Translations under genes and position numbers: made by a program | Source of the DNA: an uncultured Alphaproteobacteria bacterium | GTDB lineage: Bacteria; Pseudomonadota; Alphaproteobacteria; HIMB59; GCA-002718135 | Assembly: GCA_902573325.1 (NCBI GenBank) | Contig: CACGJH010000005.1 | Span: 21,388 to 85,387, forward strand | DNA length: 64,000 bases | Direction: 5' to 3' | Shown: positions 19,806 through 29,672 of the stretch, one piece after another | Layout of the letters: each line of letters starts with the position of its first letter | Position numbering within the stretch: the stretch's first letter is position 1 | Notes under the pieces: generated by a model | The model's input: only the letters and a program-made list of their open reading frames with translations | Told to the model about the DNA's origin: nothing | The model's database searches: none

Positions 19806-21108
19806 ATAAAATTACATTTAAAATTACTATAAAAAAGCCAGCAAAAAAAATGTCACTTAAAAAATGACCGCCAGCCATTATTCTAATCAAGCCAAATACA
19901 AAACCAGCAACAAAGCTTGCATAGAGGAAAATTATATTTTTTGTGATTAAATATAGAATTATAATTGAAAAGCCCACAGATGCATCGCCTGAAACAAAGG
20001 AGCAGTTTGTTTCACAAGCATTGGTTATTTCAAACCACGGGGAAAAAGACTCTTTTCCACCCAGCTCCACTACATCGTTTGGTCTTGCCCTACCCCAAAA
20101 ATTTTTTAGTATAAAATTTACAAATATTAAAACGCTAATAATTTGAGAAATCCATAAATAAACTATTTCCTTAATAGTAAACTTATAATTAAAAAAAATT
20201 TTATCAATTTTAAAAAAACGACCAATTATTGGTAAAATTAAAATATAAATAAGTATTAGTGGTAATAAAATATCTCGAAACAATATTGAAGTTAAATCAA
20301 AACTTTGTAACCCAAATTGTGATGCACCCTTATAAAACAATGATGATACATATAAATCTAAGGATGGGCCGGCAGTCACAAATACACAACTAAAAAACAA
20401 AATTAGAATGTAATAAAAAATCTCAGAATTTTTTTCAGGAATTAAATTTGATAATTTGTATTTATTATATTTATTTTCTATTAATTTATTTAAAATCTTA
20501 AATAATATTAATGCTAAAATTGCTCCAGCAACAATATCTGTAAAAAAATGTGCGCTTACAATAACTCGACTAAAAGCAACAATTGAAGCTAAAAAATAAA
20601 AAAAATATTTTAATTTTGGAAGAATAGAAACCAAAATAAAGCAAACGATAAATATTGTAGAAGAGTGTCCAGAGGGGAAAGAATGAAAATTTGATTCCAT
20701 GGTAAAATATTTAAAGCTAAAAACTTCTTCGAAATCAGTATGATTTGGTCTGGGCCTTCCCACCACATGTTTTATAATTTGAGTAACTATCCCAACTGTC
20801 AAAATATATACAAAAGAAGAAATAAAAAAATTTGAAAGATTTTTTGCTGATTTAGTTTTTATGATTTGAAGTCTGTTGTTTATATAAAAAACAACAAAGC
20901 CTATTATTGAAATAGAAAAATACCAAGACGAACTACCAAGTTTTGTTATTTCTGAAAAAAATTCTTTTAGAAAAACTCCATTTGCCCAATCATTTACGTT
21001 TATAAAATAACTATAAAAAAAAAGATCTAAATTAAAAGAAGCAAAAATACTTAATGTAATTAATACTAAAATAAGTAATTCAAATTTGATGCTTTTAAAA
21101 ATGCTCAT
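19774..21108 (-). CDS. Fused tandem PAP2-family membrane phosphatase
   Basis: 444 aa and polytopic. N-half has KHVVGRPRPN, PSGHSS and SRVIVSAHFFTD. C-half has KNFWGRARPN, SGDAS (His to Asp) and RIMAGGHFLSD. Confidence 0.75.
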   Translation of the reverse strand: MSIFKSIKFELLILVLITLSIFASFNLDLFFYSYFINVNDWANGVFLKEFFSEITKLGSSSWYFSISIIGFVVFYINNRLQIIKTKSAKNLSNFFISSFVYILTVGIVTQIIKHVVGRPRPNHTDFEEVFSFKYFTMESNFHSFPSGHSSTIFIVCFILVSILPKLKYFFYFLASIVAFSRVIVSAHFFTDIVAGAILALILFKILNKLIENKYNKYKLSNLIPEKNSEIFYYILILFFSCVFVTAGPSLDLYVSSLFYKGASQFGLQSFDLTSILFRDILLPLILIYILILPIIGRFFKIDKIFFNYKFTIKEIVYLWISQIISVLIFVNFILKNFWGRARPNDVVELGGKESFSPWFEITNACETNCSFVSGDASVGFSIIILYLITKNIIFLYASFVAGFVFGLIRIMAGGHFLSDIFFAGFFIVILNVILFEWYKKYYVK

Positions 21109-21137
21109 TTTACAACTATTAAAAAATTTAATGAGCT

Positions 21138-22463
21138 TTACAATATAAACTTTGACAAGTCCTGACTTTTAATAAGCTCACCTAAGCTATTTTCAACGTA
21201 TTCTTTATTAATTATTATTTCTGTAGGGCCTATGTCCGAGGCTGTATAACTAACCTCTTCAAGTAGTTTTTCCATTACAGTATGGAGTCTTCTGGCGCCT
21301 ATATTTTCTACATTCTGGTTTATCTCTGTAGATAATGAGGCGATGGTATCAATTCCATCTTCTTCAAATTTCAAATCAACCTTCTCTGTTCCAAGAAGTC
21401 CTTGATACTGCTTAATTAAACTGTTTTGTGTTTCAGTAAGAATAAGTTTAAAATCTTTTTTACTAAGACTATCAAGCTCGACTCTAATTGGCAATCTACC
21501 TTGAAGCTCTGGCAGCATGTCTGATGGTTTTGATAAGTGAAATGCCCCAGAGGCAATGAACAAAATATAATCTGTTTTAACAACACCATATTTTGTAGTA
21601 ACCGCAGTTCCCTCAATAAGCGGTAATAAGTCTCTTTGAACACCTTCTCTTGATACGTCCGCACCACTTCTATCAGCTCTAGAAGTAATTTTATCTATTT
21701 CATCTATAAAAACGATACCATTTTGCTCTACATCATCCAATGCTCTTGAGTTTATTTTATCTTTATCTAAAAGTTTATCGGTTTCTTCATTTAACAAATA
21801 TGCATGAGAATCTTTGACACTCATTTTTTTCATTTTCTTTTGATTACCAAAACCTTTTCCAAATACATCGCCTAAATTAATCATACCCATTTGAGAACCA
21901 GGCATGCCAGGTATGTCCATAGTTGGTAAATTTAAATTTGCATTAGCTGAAACTGGAATTTCAACCTCATTGTCATTCAGTTCACCTGATCTTAGTTTTT
22001 TCCTAAAATTATCTCGAGTAGCTGGCGTTGAGCTTTTAGAAACCAAAACATCTAAAATTCTTTCTTCTGCATTTTTTTCTGCTTTAGCCTTAACTTCTTG
22101 ACCCATTTGTATTTTTGTTTTTGTAATACTTATTTCAACTAGATCTCTTACTATTTGCTCAACATCTCTTCCAACATATCCAACCTCAGTAAACTTAGTT
22201 GCCTCAACTTTTACAAAAGGTGCGTTTGCTAACTTAGCAAGTCTTCTAGATATTTCTGTTTTACCACACCCTGTTGGACCAACCATTAAAATATTTTTTG
22301 GTACAATTTCCTCTTTTAAAGAATCATCAAGTTGTTTTCTTCTCCATCTATTTCTTAATGCAACTGCAACAGCTTTTTTTGCATTGTTCTGACCAATGAT
22401 AAATTTATCTAATTCAGAAACAATTTCTCTTGGGCTAAAACTAGATTCCATTCTATAACTCAA
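21138..22463 (-). CDS. hslU: ATP-dependent protease ATPase subunit HslU
   Basis: 441 aa with [16 protein letters not shown] and Walker [10 protein letters not shown]. The alternative start at M5 (22451) would remove the overlap with hslV. Confidence 0.96.
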   Translation of the reverse strand: MSYRMESSFSPREIVSELDKFIIGQNNAKKAVAVALRNRWRRKQLDDSLKEEIVPKNILMVGPTGCGKTEISRRLAKLANAPFVKVEATKFTEVGYVGRDVEQIVRDLVEISITKTKIQMGQEVKAKAEKNAEERILDVLVSKSSTPATRDNFRKKLRSGELNDNEVEIPVSANANLNLPTMDIPGMPGSQMGMINLGDVFGKGFGNQKKMKKMSVKDSHAYLLNEETDKLLDKDKINSRALDDVEQNGIVFIDEIDKITSRADRSGADVSREGVQRDLLPLIEGTAVTTKYGVVKTDYILFIASGAFHLSKPSDMLPELQGRLPIRVELDSLSKKDFKLILTETQNSLIKQYQGLLGTEKVDLKFEEDGIDTIASLSTEINQNVENIGARRLHTVMEKLLEEVSYTASDIGPTEIIINKEYVENSLGELIKSQDLSKFIL

Positions 22464-23001
22464 TAGTTTCTGAAATAATATTATGGTTTGTATAAATACA
22501 AATGTCTGCAGCTATATTAAGTGATTCTAAAGCAATTTCTTTTGCATTCATTTTTGTATTTTTCATTAATGCTTTAGCAGCACTATTTGCATATGGACCC
22601 CCAGAACCTATTGCAAGTATTCCGTCGTCAGATTCAATTACATCACCAGTACCAGATAACAGTAAACTCACATCCTTATCAGCTACGATCATCATTGCTT
22701 CTAATCTTCTTAGATACCTATCGGTTCTCCAATCTTTAGCTAATTCAACACAAGCTCTTTTAAGTTGGTTCTTATATTGATCTAATTTTCCCTCTAATCT
22801 TTCAAATAAAGCAAATGCATCTGCAGTAGATCCTGCAAAACCAGAAATGACAGTTTCATCAGCACCAAGCCTTCTAATTTTTTTTACATTTGATTTCATA
22901 ACAGTATTACCAAGACTAGCTTGACCATCACCCGCAATAACGACAAGATTATCTTTTCTAATTCCTACAATAGTTGTTGATTTAATAATGTTTTTTTCCA
23001 T
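22453..23001 (-). CDS. hslV: ATP-dependent protease subunit HslV
   Basis: 182 aa. The catalytic TTIVGIR follows an 8-residue N-terminal extension. GDGQASLG is present. No SD is visible upstream. Confidence 0.94.
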   Translation of the reverse strand: MEKNIIKSTTIVGIRKDNLVVIAGDGQASLGNTVMKSNVKKIRRLGADETVISGFAGSTADAFALFERLEGKLDQYKNQLKRACVELAKDWRTDRYLRRLEAMMIVADKDVSLLLSGTGDVIESDDGILAIGSGGPYANSAAKALMKNTKMNAKEIALESLNIAADICIYTNHNIISETIEL

Positions 23002-23010
23002 TAATTGATA

Positions 23011-23038
23011 AGATGGCTATTTAATTATTTTTATCAAG
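23011..23038 (-). promoter_or_regulatory. Possible sigma-32-type promoter for hslVU (would give a near-leaderless mRNA)
   Basis: The minus strand reads CTTG-N17-GCCATCT, ending 9 nt before the hslV ATG. Confidence 0.3.
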
Positions 23039-23082
23039 TAATTTACCTAGAATAAATCATATTTCACTGATATTAGGCAAAA

Positions 23083-23670
23083 ATGCGAAAAGGTAAAGTT
23101 GAGAGAAACACTAAAGAAACAAAGATAAGTTGTGAAATTAACTTAGATGGTGTTGGACAATCTAACATTTCAACACAAATTGGTTTTTTTGATCATATGT
23201 TGGAATTATTATCTCATCACAGCTTGATAGACATAGACTTAAAATGTGAAGGAGATACTAATGTTGATCTTCACCATTCAGTTGAAGATACTGCTTACGC
23301 AATTGCTTTAGCTATAAACAAAGCACTAGATGATAAAAAAGGAATTAATAGATATGGCTTTTCATATGTTCCGATGGATGAATGCCTATCAAGATGTGTT
23401 ATTGATTTAAGTGGAAGGCCTGAGCTTGTGTGGAATGTTAATCTTGGTTTAAAAAAAATTGGTGAAATGGATACAGAGTTATTCCATGAATTTTTCAAAG
23501 CCTTTTCAAACGAATCTAAATGTAATTTACATATTGAAAACCTATATGGAAATAACAATCACCATATCATTGAATCATGCTTTAAGGCCTTTGCTAAAAG
23601 TTTAAGATTTGCTGTCGAAATAGATAACAGAAGAAAAGACATTATACCATCATCAAAAGGCACTCTTTAA
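23083..23670 (+). CDS. hisB: Imidazoleglycerol-phosphate dehydratase
   Basis: 195 aa with [15 protein letters not shown] and HHSVEDTA motifs. Confidence 0.95.
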   Translation: MRKGKVERNTKETKISCEINLDGVGQSNISTQIGFFDHMLELLSHHSLIDIDLKCEGDTNVDLHHSVEDTAYAIALAINKALDDKKGINRYGFSYVPMDECLSRCVIDLSGRPELVWNVNLGLKKIGEMDTELFHEFFKAFSNESKCNLHIENLYGNNNHHIIESCFKAFAKSLRFAVEIDNRRKDIIPSSKGTL

Positions 23671-23676
23671 TTTTTA

Positions 23677-24306
23677 ATGAAAAAAATCACTATTGTTGAT
23701 TACGGCTCAGGCAATGTTTTGTCTGCTCAAAAATCTTTTGTTAAGATAGCGAAAGACAACAATATTGAAGTTGATGTTTTAATTTCAAAAAAATTAAATG
23801 ATGTAAAAGACTCAACCCATGTAGTATTGCCAGGCCAAGGAGCCTTTTCTACATGCATGAATGGTTTAAAAAAAACTGATGGCTTGATAGATGAGCTTTA
23901 TGAATTTGCATTAATAAAAAAGAAACCATTTTTAGGTATCTGTGTTGGTATGCAAATGTTAGCTAATATAAGTGAAGAAAACGGAGATCATGAAGGCCTA
24001 GGTTGGATAGACGGTCAAATTAAATTATTGCCTGAAGATAATTTAAAACTTCCTCATATGGGTTGGAATTTGGTAACGCCAACAAATTCAAAATATAATA
24101 ACTTAATCTCAACTAAAAATGACTATTACTTCGTTCACTCTTATTATTTCGAATGTGCTGATAAAGACAATATTTTGGCAGAAACTCAGTACGGAACAAA
24201 TTTTGCTTCAATAGTTGGTAAAGAAAATATATATGGCGTGCAGTTTCATCCTGAAAAAAGTTCCTCCCAAGGGTTAAACTTACTAAAAGAATTTATTAGA
24301 GTATGA
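23677..24306 (+). CDS. hisH: Imidazole glycerol phosphate synthase, glutaminase subunit
   Basis: 209 aa with VDYGSGN, GICVGMQML (catalytic Cys) and VQFHPEKS. Confidence 0.95.
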   Translation: MKKITIVDYGSGNVLSAQKSFVKIAKDNNIEVDVLISKKLNDVKDSTHVVLPGQGAFSTCMNGLKKTDGLIDELYEFALIKKKPFLGICVGMQMLANISEENGDHEGLGWIDGQIKLLPEDNLKLPHMGWNLVTPTNSKYNNLISTKNDYYFVHSYYFECADKDNILAETQYGTNFASIVGKENIYGVQFHPEKSSSQGLNLLKEFIRV

Positions 24307-24845
24307 ACATGTCTACACAACTAAAAGAAAAAATTAATATTTCAGTCGACAGCATTGAAACACTTACGGATGTAGATTTAGCAGATCTTTGTAATATTAC
24401 AGAACAAGCAATAAAAGCTGGAGGTGGTTTTGGTTGGTTAAGAGTTCCTACAAGAGATATTTTAATAGATTACTGGACTAAAAGAACTAATGATAAATAT
24501 ATTAAACTTATTGTTGGCAGATTAAATGGTGTTATAGCTGGAACACTTCAAATTGCATATGAGGCACCCAATATTGAGTCTAGGAAAAATATCGCACGTA
24601 TAAGAAGACAGTTTGTTGCTCCATGGGCAAGGGGATACGGTTTGGCTAAAACAATGATTGATCACACTGAACAAATTGCCAAAGAAGATAATATTAAATC
24701 TTTACAGTTAGCTGTAAGAGAAACACAAGATGCAGCAATAAAACTATTTACAGGTAAAAATTATATAAAGTGGGGTGAAAACCCATACTATGCTTACATT
24801 AACGGAAGTTTTATTAAGGGTTACTATTACTATAAAAATCTGTAG
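24303..24845 (+). CDS. GNAT-family N-acetyltransferase embedded in the his operon
   Basis: 180 aa with acetyl-CoA motif A QFVAPWARGYGLAKTMI. ATGA overlap with hisH and a 1-nt overlap with hisA. Confidence 0.65.
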   Translation: MNMSTQLKEKINISVDSIETLTDVDLADLCNITEQAIKAGGGFGWLRVPTRDILIDYWTKRTNDKYIKLIVGRLNGVIAGTLQIAYEAPNIESRKNIARIRRQFVAPWARGYGLAKTMIDHTEQIAKEDNIKSLQLAVRETQDAAIKLFTGKNYIKWGENPYYAYINGSFIKGYYYYKNL

Positions 24846-25585
24846 TGCAAATTATACCAGCCATTGATTTAAAAGATAATAAATGTGTTAGACTTTCTAA
24901 AGGTAAAGATGACACCAGTGTTGTTTACAACGAAGACCCAGAAAAACAAGCTATCTACTTTGAACAAATTGGTTGTAAAAAACTTCACTTGGTTGACCTA
25001 GACGCTGCTTTTGGAAGATCCAATGTTAATTTTGAAACAATAAAGAAAATTAGAAAATCAATCTCAATACCAATACAATTAGGGGGTGGAGTTCGAAGTT
25101 TAGATTTAGCCAAAAAATATTTTGAAGTTGGAATAAATAATTTGATTATTGGGTCAATGTCTGTTGAAAAACCAAATGAAGTTATAATTTTATCAAATAT
25201 TTATGCAGATAAAGTATATGTATCGTTAGATATTCTTGAAGATAACATAATGATAAAAGGGTGGGATAAAAATTCAGGAAAAAAAATACAAGACATTCTT
25301 GATATTTATACTAACTCAAAAATTAAAGGATATGTAATTACAGATATTCAAAATGATGGAATGCTAAAAGGTTTAAACTTAGATTTTGTTAGTAATTTTA
25401 TAAAAAAAATAAACTTAATTAAAAAATTTAATAAAAAAGTTATAATTGCAGGTGGTTTAACAGATTACTCTGATCTAACAAATTTAAAAAAACTAAACAC
25501 AAAAAATATTGAAGGAATAATTTCAGGTAAATCTTTCTATGAAGGAAAGATTGATTTAGTAGAAGCGCAGAAAATTCTAGACTAA
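24845..25585 (+). CDS. hisA: ProFAR isomerase
   Basis: 246 aa with a GTG start. [15 protein letters not shown] and a (beta/alpha)8 pattern. Confidence 0.93.
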   Translation: MQIIPAIDLKDNKCVRLSKGKDDTSVVYNEDPEKQAIYFEQIGCKKLHLVDLDAAFGRSNVNFETIKKIRKSISIPIQLGGGVRSLDLAKKYFEVGINNLIIGSMSVEKPNEVIILSNIYADKVYVSLDILEDNIMIKGWDKNSGKKIQDILDIYTNSKIKGYVITDIQNDGMLKGLNLDFVSNFIKKINLIKKFNKKVIIAGGLTDYSDLTNLKKLNTKNIEGIISGKSFYEGKIDLVEAQKILD

Positions 25586-25586
25586 A

Positions 25587-26342
25587 ATGGTAAAAATAAG
25601 AATCATCCCATGCTTGGACGTTAAAGACGGAAGGGTTGTAAAGGGTATCAATTTTTTAAATTTAATTGATGCAGGAGATCCTGTTGAACAAGCTAAACAC
25701 TATTCTGATAATGGGGCTGATGAAATATGTTTTTTAGATATTAGCGCATCATTAGAAAATAGAGATACTATGATCAATGTAGTTAAAAAGACTGCAAATG
25801 AGGTTTTTATTCCCCTTACAGTTGGTGGAGGAATTTCATCAATAGAGAATATACAAGCCCTACTTAAAGCTGGTGCGGACAAGGTTTCTATAAATTCTGC
25901 AGCAATCAAAAATCCTAATATTATCAAAAAAGCTTCTGAATATTTTGGCAACCAATGTATTGTTGTAGCAGTTGATGCAAAAAAACATAGTAATGATTGG
26001 TTTGTTTATTCTCATGGAGGTACAAAGAAAACTGATTTACTAGCTCTTAATTGGATAGAAAAAGTTCAAAAACTTGGTGCAGGAGAAATTCTTTTAACAT
26101 CAATGGACAAAGACGGTACAAAATCAGGTTTTGACAATGAACTATTAAGTAAAGTATCAGAATTTATAAAGATACCAGTTATAGCTAGTGGAGGAGTTGG
26201 AACTTTAGATCATTTTTATGACGGCGTAACTAAAGGTAAGGCCGATGCATTATTAGCAGCCTCAGTCTTTCATTTTAATGAAATTAGCATTAAAGAAGTA
26301 AAGAGATATTTAAAGGATAAGAATATAAATATTAGAGATTAA
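25587..26342 (+). CDS. hisF: Imidazole glycerol phosphate synthase, cyclase subunit
   Basis: 251 aa with [25 protein letters not shown] and ASGGVG. Confidence 0.96.
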   Translation: MVKIRIIPCLDVKDGRVVKGINFLNLIDAGDPVEQAKHYSDNGADEICFLDISASLENRDTMINVVKKTANEVFIPLTVGGGISSIENIQALLKAGADKVSINSAAIKNPNIIKKASEYFGNQCIVVAVDAKKHSNDWFVYSHGGTKKTDLLALNWIEKVQKLGAGEILLTSMDKDGTKSGFDNELLSKVSEFIKIPVIASGGVGTLDHFYDGVTKGKADALLAASVFHFNEISIKEVKRYLKDKNINIRD

Positions 26343-26347
26343 ACGTT

Positions 26348-26620
26348 ATGAAAATAGAAGACTTAAATGTAATTATAAACAACAGAGTAAAAACAAGAAA
26401 AAAAAACTCATATACAAATAAGTTATTAAAATTGGGTCCAAAAAAAATTGCTCAAAAATTTGGAGAGGAATCCTCTGAGTTAATTATAGATTTTTTAAAA
26501 GGATCAAAAAAAAGAACAATAGAAGAGGCAGTTGATGTAATTTATCACCTTTTGGTTTTACTAAAGTCAAAAAAAATTACAATGCAAGAAATCTATAAAG
26601 AATTAGATAAAAGAAAATAA
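26348..26620 (+). CDS. hisE: Phosphoribosyl-ATP pyrophosphatase
   Basis: 90 aa with SYTNKLL...KIAQKFGEESSELII...EEAVDVIYHLLVLL, a MazG-like HisE pattern. Confidence 0.85.
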   Translation: MKIEDLNVIINNRVKTRKKNSYTNKLLKLGPKKIAQKFGEESSELIIDFLKGSKKRTIEEAVDVIYHLLVLLKSKKITMQEIYKELDKRK

Positions 26621-26626
26621 AACAAT

Positions 26627-26977
26627 ATGTACGATGATAACAATATATTTGCCAAAATACTAAGGAAAGAAATACCATGTGATAAAGTTTATGAAGATGA
26701 GTTTAGCTTGTTTTTTAATGATATAAACCCCCAAGCTAAAATTCATATTTTAGGAATACCTAAATTTCCATGCACTACTTTTTCAGAATTTTTGAAAAAT
26801 GCAGATGGTGAAACTGTCTCGTCTTTTTTTAAAAGTGTTCAAATTGTTATAAGTGATTTAAATATAGAAGAAAATGGATATAGATTGATTACAAACTCCG
26901 GAGAACATGGTGGCCAGGAAGTTCCACATTTTCATATTCATATTTTAGCAGGTGAAAAAATTGGAAGCTTAAGATAG
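26627..26977 (+). CDS. HIT (histidine triad) family nucleotide hydrolase
   Basis: 116 aa with IFAKILRKEIPCDKVYEDE and the histidine triad HFHIHIL. Confidence 0.9.
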   Translation: MYDDNNIFAKILRKEIPCDKVYEDEFSLFFNDINPQAKIHILGIPKFPCTTFSEFLKNADGETVSSFFKSVQIVISDLNIEENGYRLITNSGEHGGQEVPHFHIHILAGEKIGSLR

Positions 26978-26978
26978 T

Positions 26979-27587
26979 TTATTCTTCTTCCTTAATAATT
27001 ACATAGTTTATGATTTCATTTACACCCTTTATGATTTTAAGAGCCGATATCATCTCATCCAGCAAATCTGGACGGTTTGTTATACCTGCAATATAAATTT
27101 TACCATTTATAGTTTCAAAGTTAAACGTGATTGCTTTAATCCCAACAGTTTTTGCAGCAATTGCTCTGGCTTGTGTATTAATCCATAAATCACCAGCATA
27201 ATCTTTTAAGGATGTTCTGTTACCAATTTCAATTTCATTTATAACCTCTTGAACCCCCTCAACTTCCCAAACCAATCTTACAGCATCAATACGTATTTCT
27301 TGGTTATCAACCAAACCTGTCAGTAAAATTCTGCCTTCTAAAACACTTGTGTTAATATTTACAAAAAGATTGTTTTCTGCATTTAAAAATTTAGCTGCAA
27401 TATTAACTTTAATTGTTGCATCATCAATAACAGTGCCAAGTGATCTTTCACCTTCCGCAACAACCATTGCACTCCCTCCACCTGTAGCAAGAATATTTGC
27501 AGGCGAACAAGCATAGTTGATAAATACAAAAGATATTAAAATTGAATAAATTAAAGAATTTATTATTTTTTTAAATTTAGTAACCAC
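26979..27587 (-). CDS. Dual BON-domain lipoprotein (YraP/DolP-like)
   Basis: 202 aa with lipobox INYAC and two BON-like repeats ending in GVQEVINEIEI and GVNEIINYVII. Confidence 0.65.
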   Translation of the reverse strand: MVTKFKKIINSLIYSILISFVFINYACSPANILATGGGSAMVVAEGERSLGTVIDDATIKVNIAAKFLNAENNLFVNINTSVLEGRILLTGLVDNQEIRIDAVRLVWEVEGVQEVINEIEIGNRTSLKDYAGDLWINTQARAIAAKTVGIKAITFNFETINGKIYIAGITNRPDLLDEMISALKIIKGVNEIINYVIIKEEE

Positions 27588-28405
27588 TTGTAAATCTTAT
27601 TTTTGTTAATTTTTGTAAATTTATGTACTATTTCCACGATGTCGGTCAAAGAAAATTTTCTAGCCAATTTTTTTAATTCTTTTTTATACAAATCAATATT
27701 GTCAAAATCTTGATTTTTTATTGATTGTTTGTCAATAACACCAACAAATTCACCTTTTAAATTTTCTTTATTTTTCAAAATATCAAATTTTACCTCTCTA
27801 GCTGTCCCTCTAAAAACGAACTCATTCAACTTCGTAAGTTCCTTACATATTGAAGTTGATTTTTCAGGCGCGGTTTTTTCTAAATATTCTAAAAAATCAA
27901 CTAATTTGTGATTTGAGATAAAAAATACAGATGTTCTTGCTTCTTGTGAGACTTTTTTAACAAATTCCTGCAATTTTTTTTTTGATTTTGGAACAAAACC
28001 AAAAAAAACAAATTCCGATAATGGTAAACCAGATAATTGTAAGCTTGAAATTATAGATGATGGACCAGGAATAGATGTAACTTTAATATTTTTTTTAATA
28101 CAGTGCTTTACCAAATTATACCCAGGGTCTGATATAAGTGGAGATCCTGCATCAGAAATGAGAACACAATTTTTATTTTTCAACAAACTCTCAACCTGGT
28201 TGATAATTTTTTGTTCATTATAATCATGTAAGGCTATTAATTTCTTTTTAATGCCTAATTTATTTAGTAGTTTGAGTGAATGTTTAGGATTTTCACATAT
28301 TATTATATCACAACCTTTAAGAATACTGACAGCCCTATAAGTTATGTCATCTAAATTACCAATAGGTGTTGCTATAATCGAAAGACCATTAATAGTTTTA
28401 TTCAT
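27563..28405 (-). CDS. rsmI: 16S rRNA (cytidine1402-2'-O)-methyltransferase RsmI
   Basis: 280 aa with N-terminal LSIIATPIGNLDDITYRAVSIL and SDAGSPLISDPG. Confidence 0.9.
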   Translation of the reverse strand: MNKTINGLSIIATPIGNLDDITYRAVSILKGCDIIICENPKHSLKLLNKLGIKKKLIALHDYNEQKIINQVESLLKNKNCVLISDAGSPLISDPGYNLVKHCIKKNIKVTSIPGPSSIISSLQLSGLPLSEFVFFGFVPKSKKKLQEFVKKVSQEARTSVFFISNHKLVDFLEYLEKTAPEKSTSICKELTKLNEFVFRGTAREVKFDILKNKENLKGEFVGVIDKQSIKNQDFDNIDLYKKELKKLARKFSLTDIVEIVHKFTKINKNKIYKWLLNLKK

Positions 28406-29672
28406 TGTTTATTTACTTATATTTATAATTTCATGTACTCCAGTAAATTTATCTAAACAAGATACAAAAAATACTCAAGAAAAAACTATTTCTGTAAATC
28501 CTGAAACTACTAAAAGTGAAAACAATGAGAATGATAAAAAAGAAAATAAACAAATTAATAATAATAAGATTTTAGATGATGTTGCCTTAAATAAAACAAT
28601 TATTGCTTTATTTGCAGATGACGATGATACTAAAACCACTAAACAATTTTTAAATACTTATGAATTGGGAATTTATAATCTTAGTGTTAATGATGTTACT
28701 ATAAAAATAGAATTTTTTAAAAATGAAAAAGATTTGAAAAAAATTATAGAAAAAAATCTTTTGCCCGGTAAAATTTTTTTAGGACCGATTCAATCAAAGT
28801 ATTCAAAGATATTAGGTGATTATTGTGATAATGAAGTAATATTTTTTTCATATTCCTCTAAATCTTCATTAGCCAAGGATTGTATATATCTAATAAATTT
28901 TTTTCCACAAAATGAACTTTCACAACTCATGTTAAATTTAAATGAGGATGCAAAGGTAGCATTACTCTATCCTGAAAATGAATATGGATATTTAATAAAC
29001 AGCTTAATTGATGATATAATTTTTGAAAGTCCTGTGATTTTAGTAAATAGATCTTCATATAAAGATGACTTATCCAATGTAAGAGAATCAATAAAAGAAC
29101 TAGGAAAATATGAATTGAGAAAATACGAGTTAAATAGACAAAAACAAATTTTATCTTCTAAGAAAGATGAAAAATCAAAATTAAGATTGAGAAAGTTAGA
29201 TAGATTTAAAACAACTAGCGACTATGACTTTACCCATATCCTTATTGCGGATTATGGTTTAAACCTTTTACAAGTTGCGCCTCTTCTAACCTACTACGAT
29301 ATAGACCCCAATATTGTACAGTTCATGGGCACTGGAGTAATAGATGATAAAACTTTTTTTTTCGAACCTTCATTACAAGGCACAATATTCCCCGGGGTTC
29401 CAGAAATAAGACGAATAGATTTAATCAATAATTATACAGAGATTTATGATGAAGAATTTTTAAGAATTTCAACTCTGCCGTATGATTTAATTGGCTTAAT
29501 AAATTTTATTTATTCAAAAGAATATAAGTTTGGTAATTTAATCGAGCTATTAAATAATCCAAATAAAAAATTTGATGGAATTGATGGAAATTTTTATTTT
29601 AAAGATAATATAATTGAGAGAGATTTAAATATATTAAAAATAAATAATGGAAATTCTTTTGTAATTAATTAA
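28344..29672 (+). CDS. Penicillin-binding-protein activator LpoA/LppC-like lipoprotein
   Basis: 442 aa with lipobox FIISC and a type-I periplasmic-binding-fold-like C-terminal part. Divergent from rsmI, as yraL/yraM are in E. coli. The only ATG start overlaps the rsmI start by 62 nt. Confidence 0.5.
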   Translation: MSSKLPIGVAIIERPLIVLFIVYLLIFIISCTPVNLSKQDTKNTQEKTISVNPETTKSENNENDKKENKQINNNKILDDVALNKTIIALFADDDDTKTTKQFLNTYELGIYNLSVNDVTIKIEFFKNEKDLKKIIEKNLLPGKIFLGPIQSKYSKILGDYCDNEVIFFSYSSKSSLAKDCIYLINFFPQNELSQLMLNLNEDAKVALLYPENEYGYLINSLIDDIIFESPVILVNRSSYKDDLSNVRESIKELGKYELRKYELNRQKQILSSKKDEKSKLRLRKLDRFKTTSDYDFTHILIADYGLNLLQVAPLLTYYDIDPNIVQFMGTGVIDDKTFFFEPSLQGTIFPGVPEIRRIDLINNYTEIYDEEFLRISTLPYDLIGLINFIYSKEYKFGNLIELLNNPNKKFDGIDGNFYFKDNIIERDLNILKINNGNSFVIN

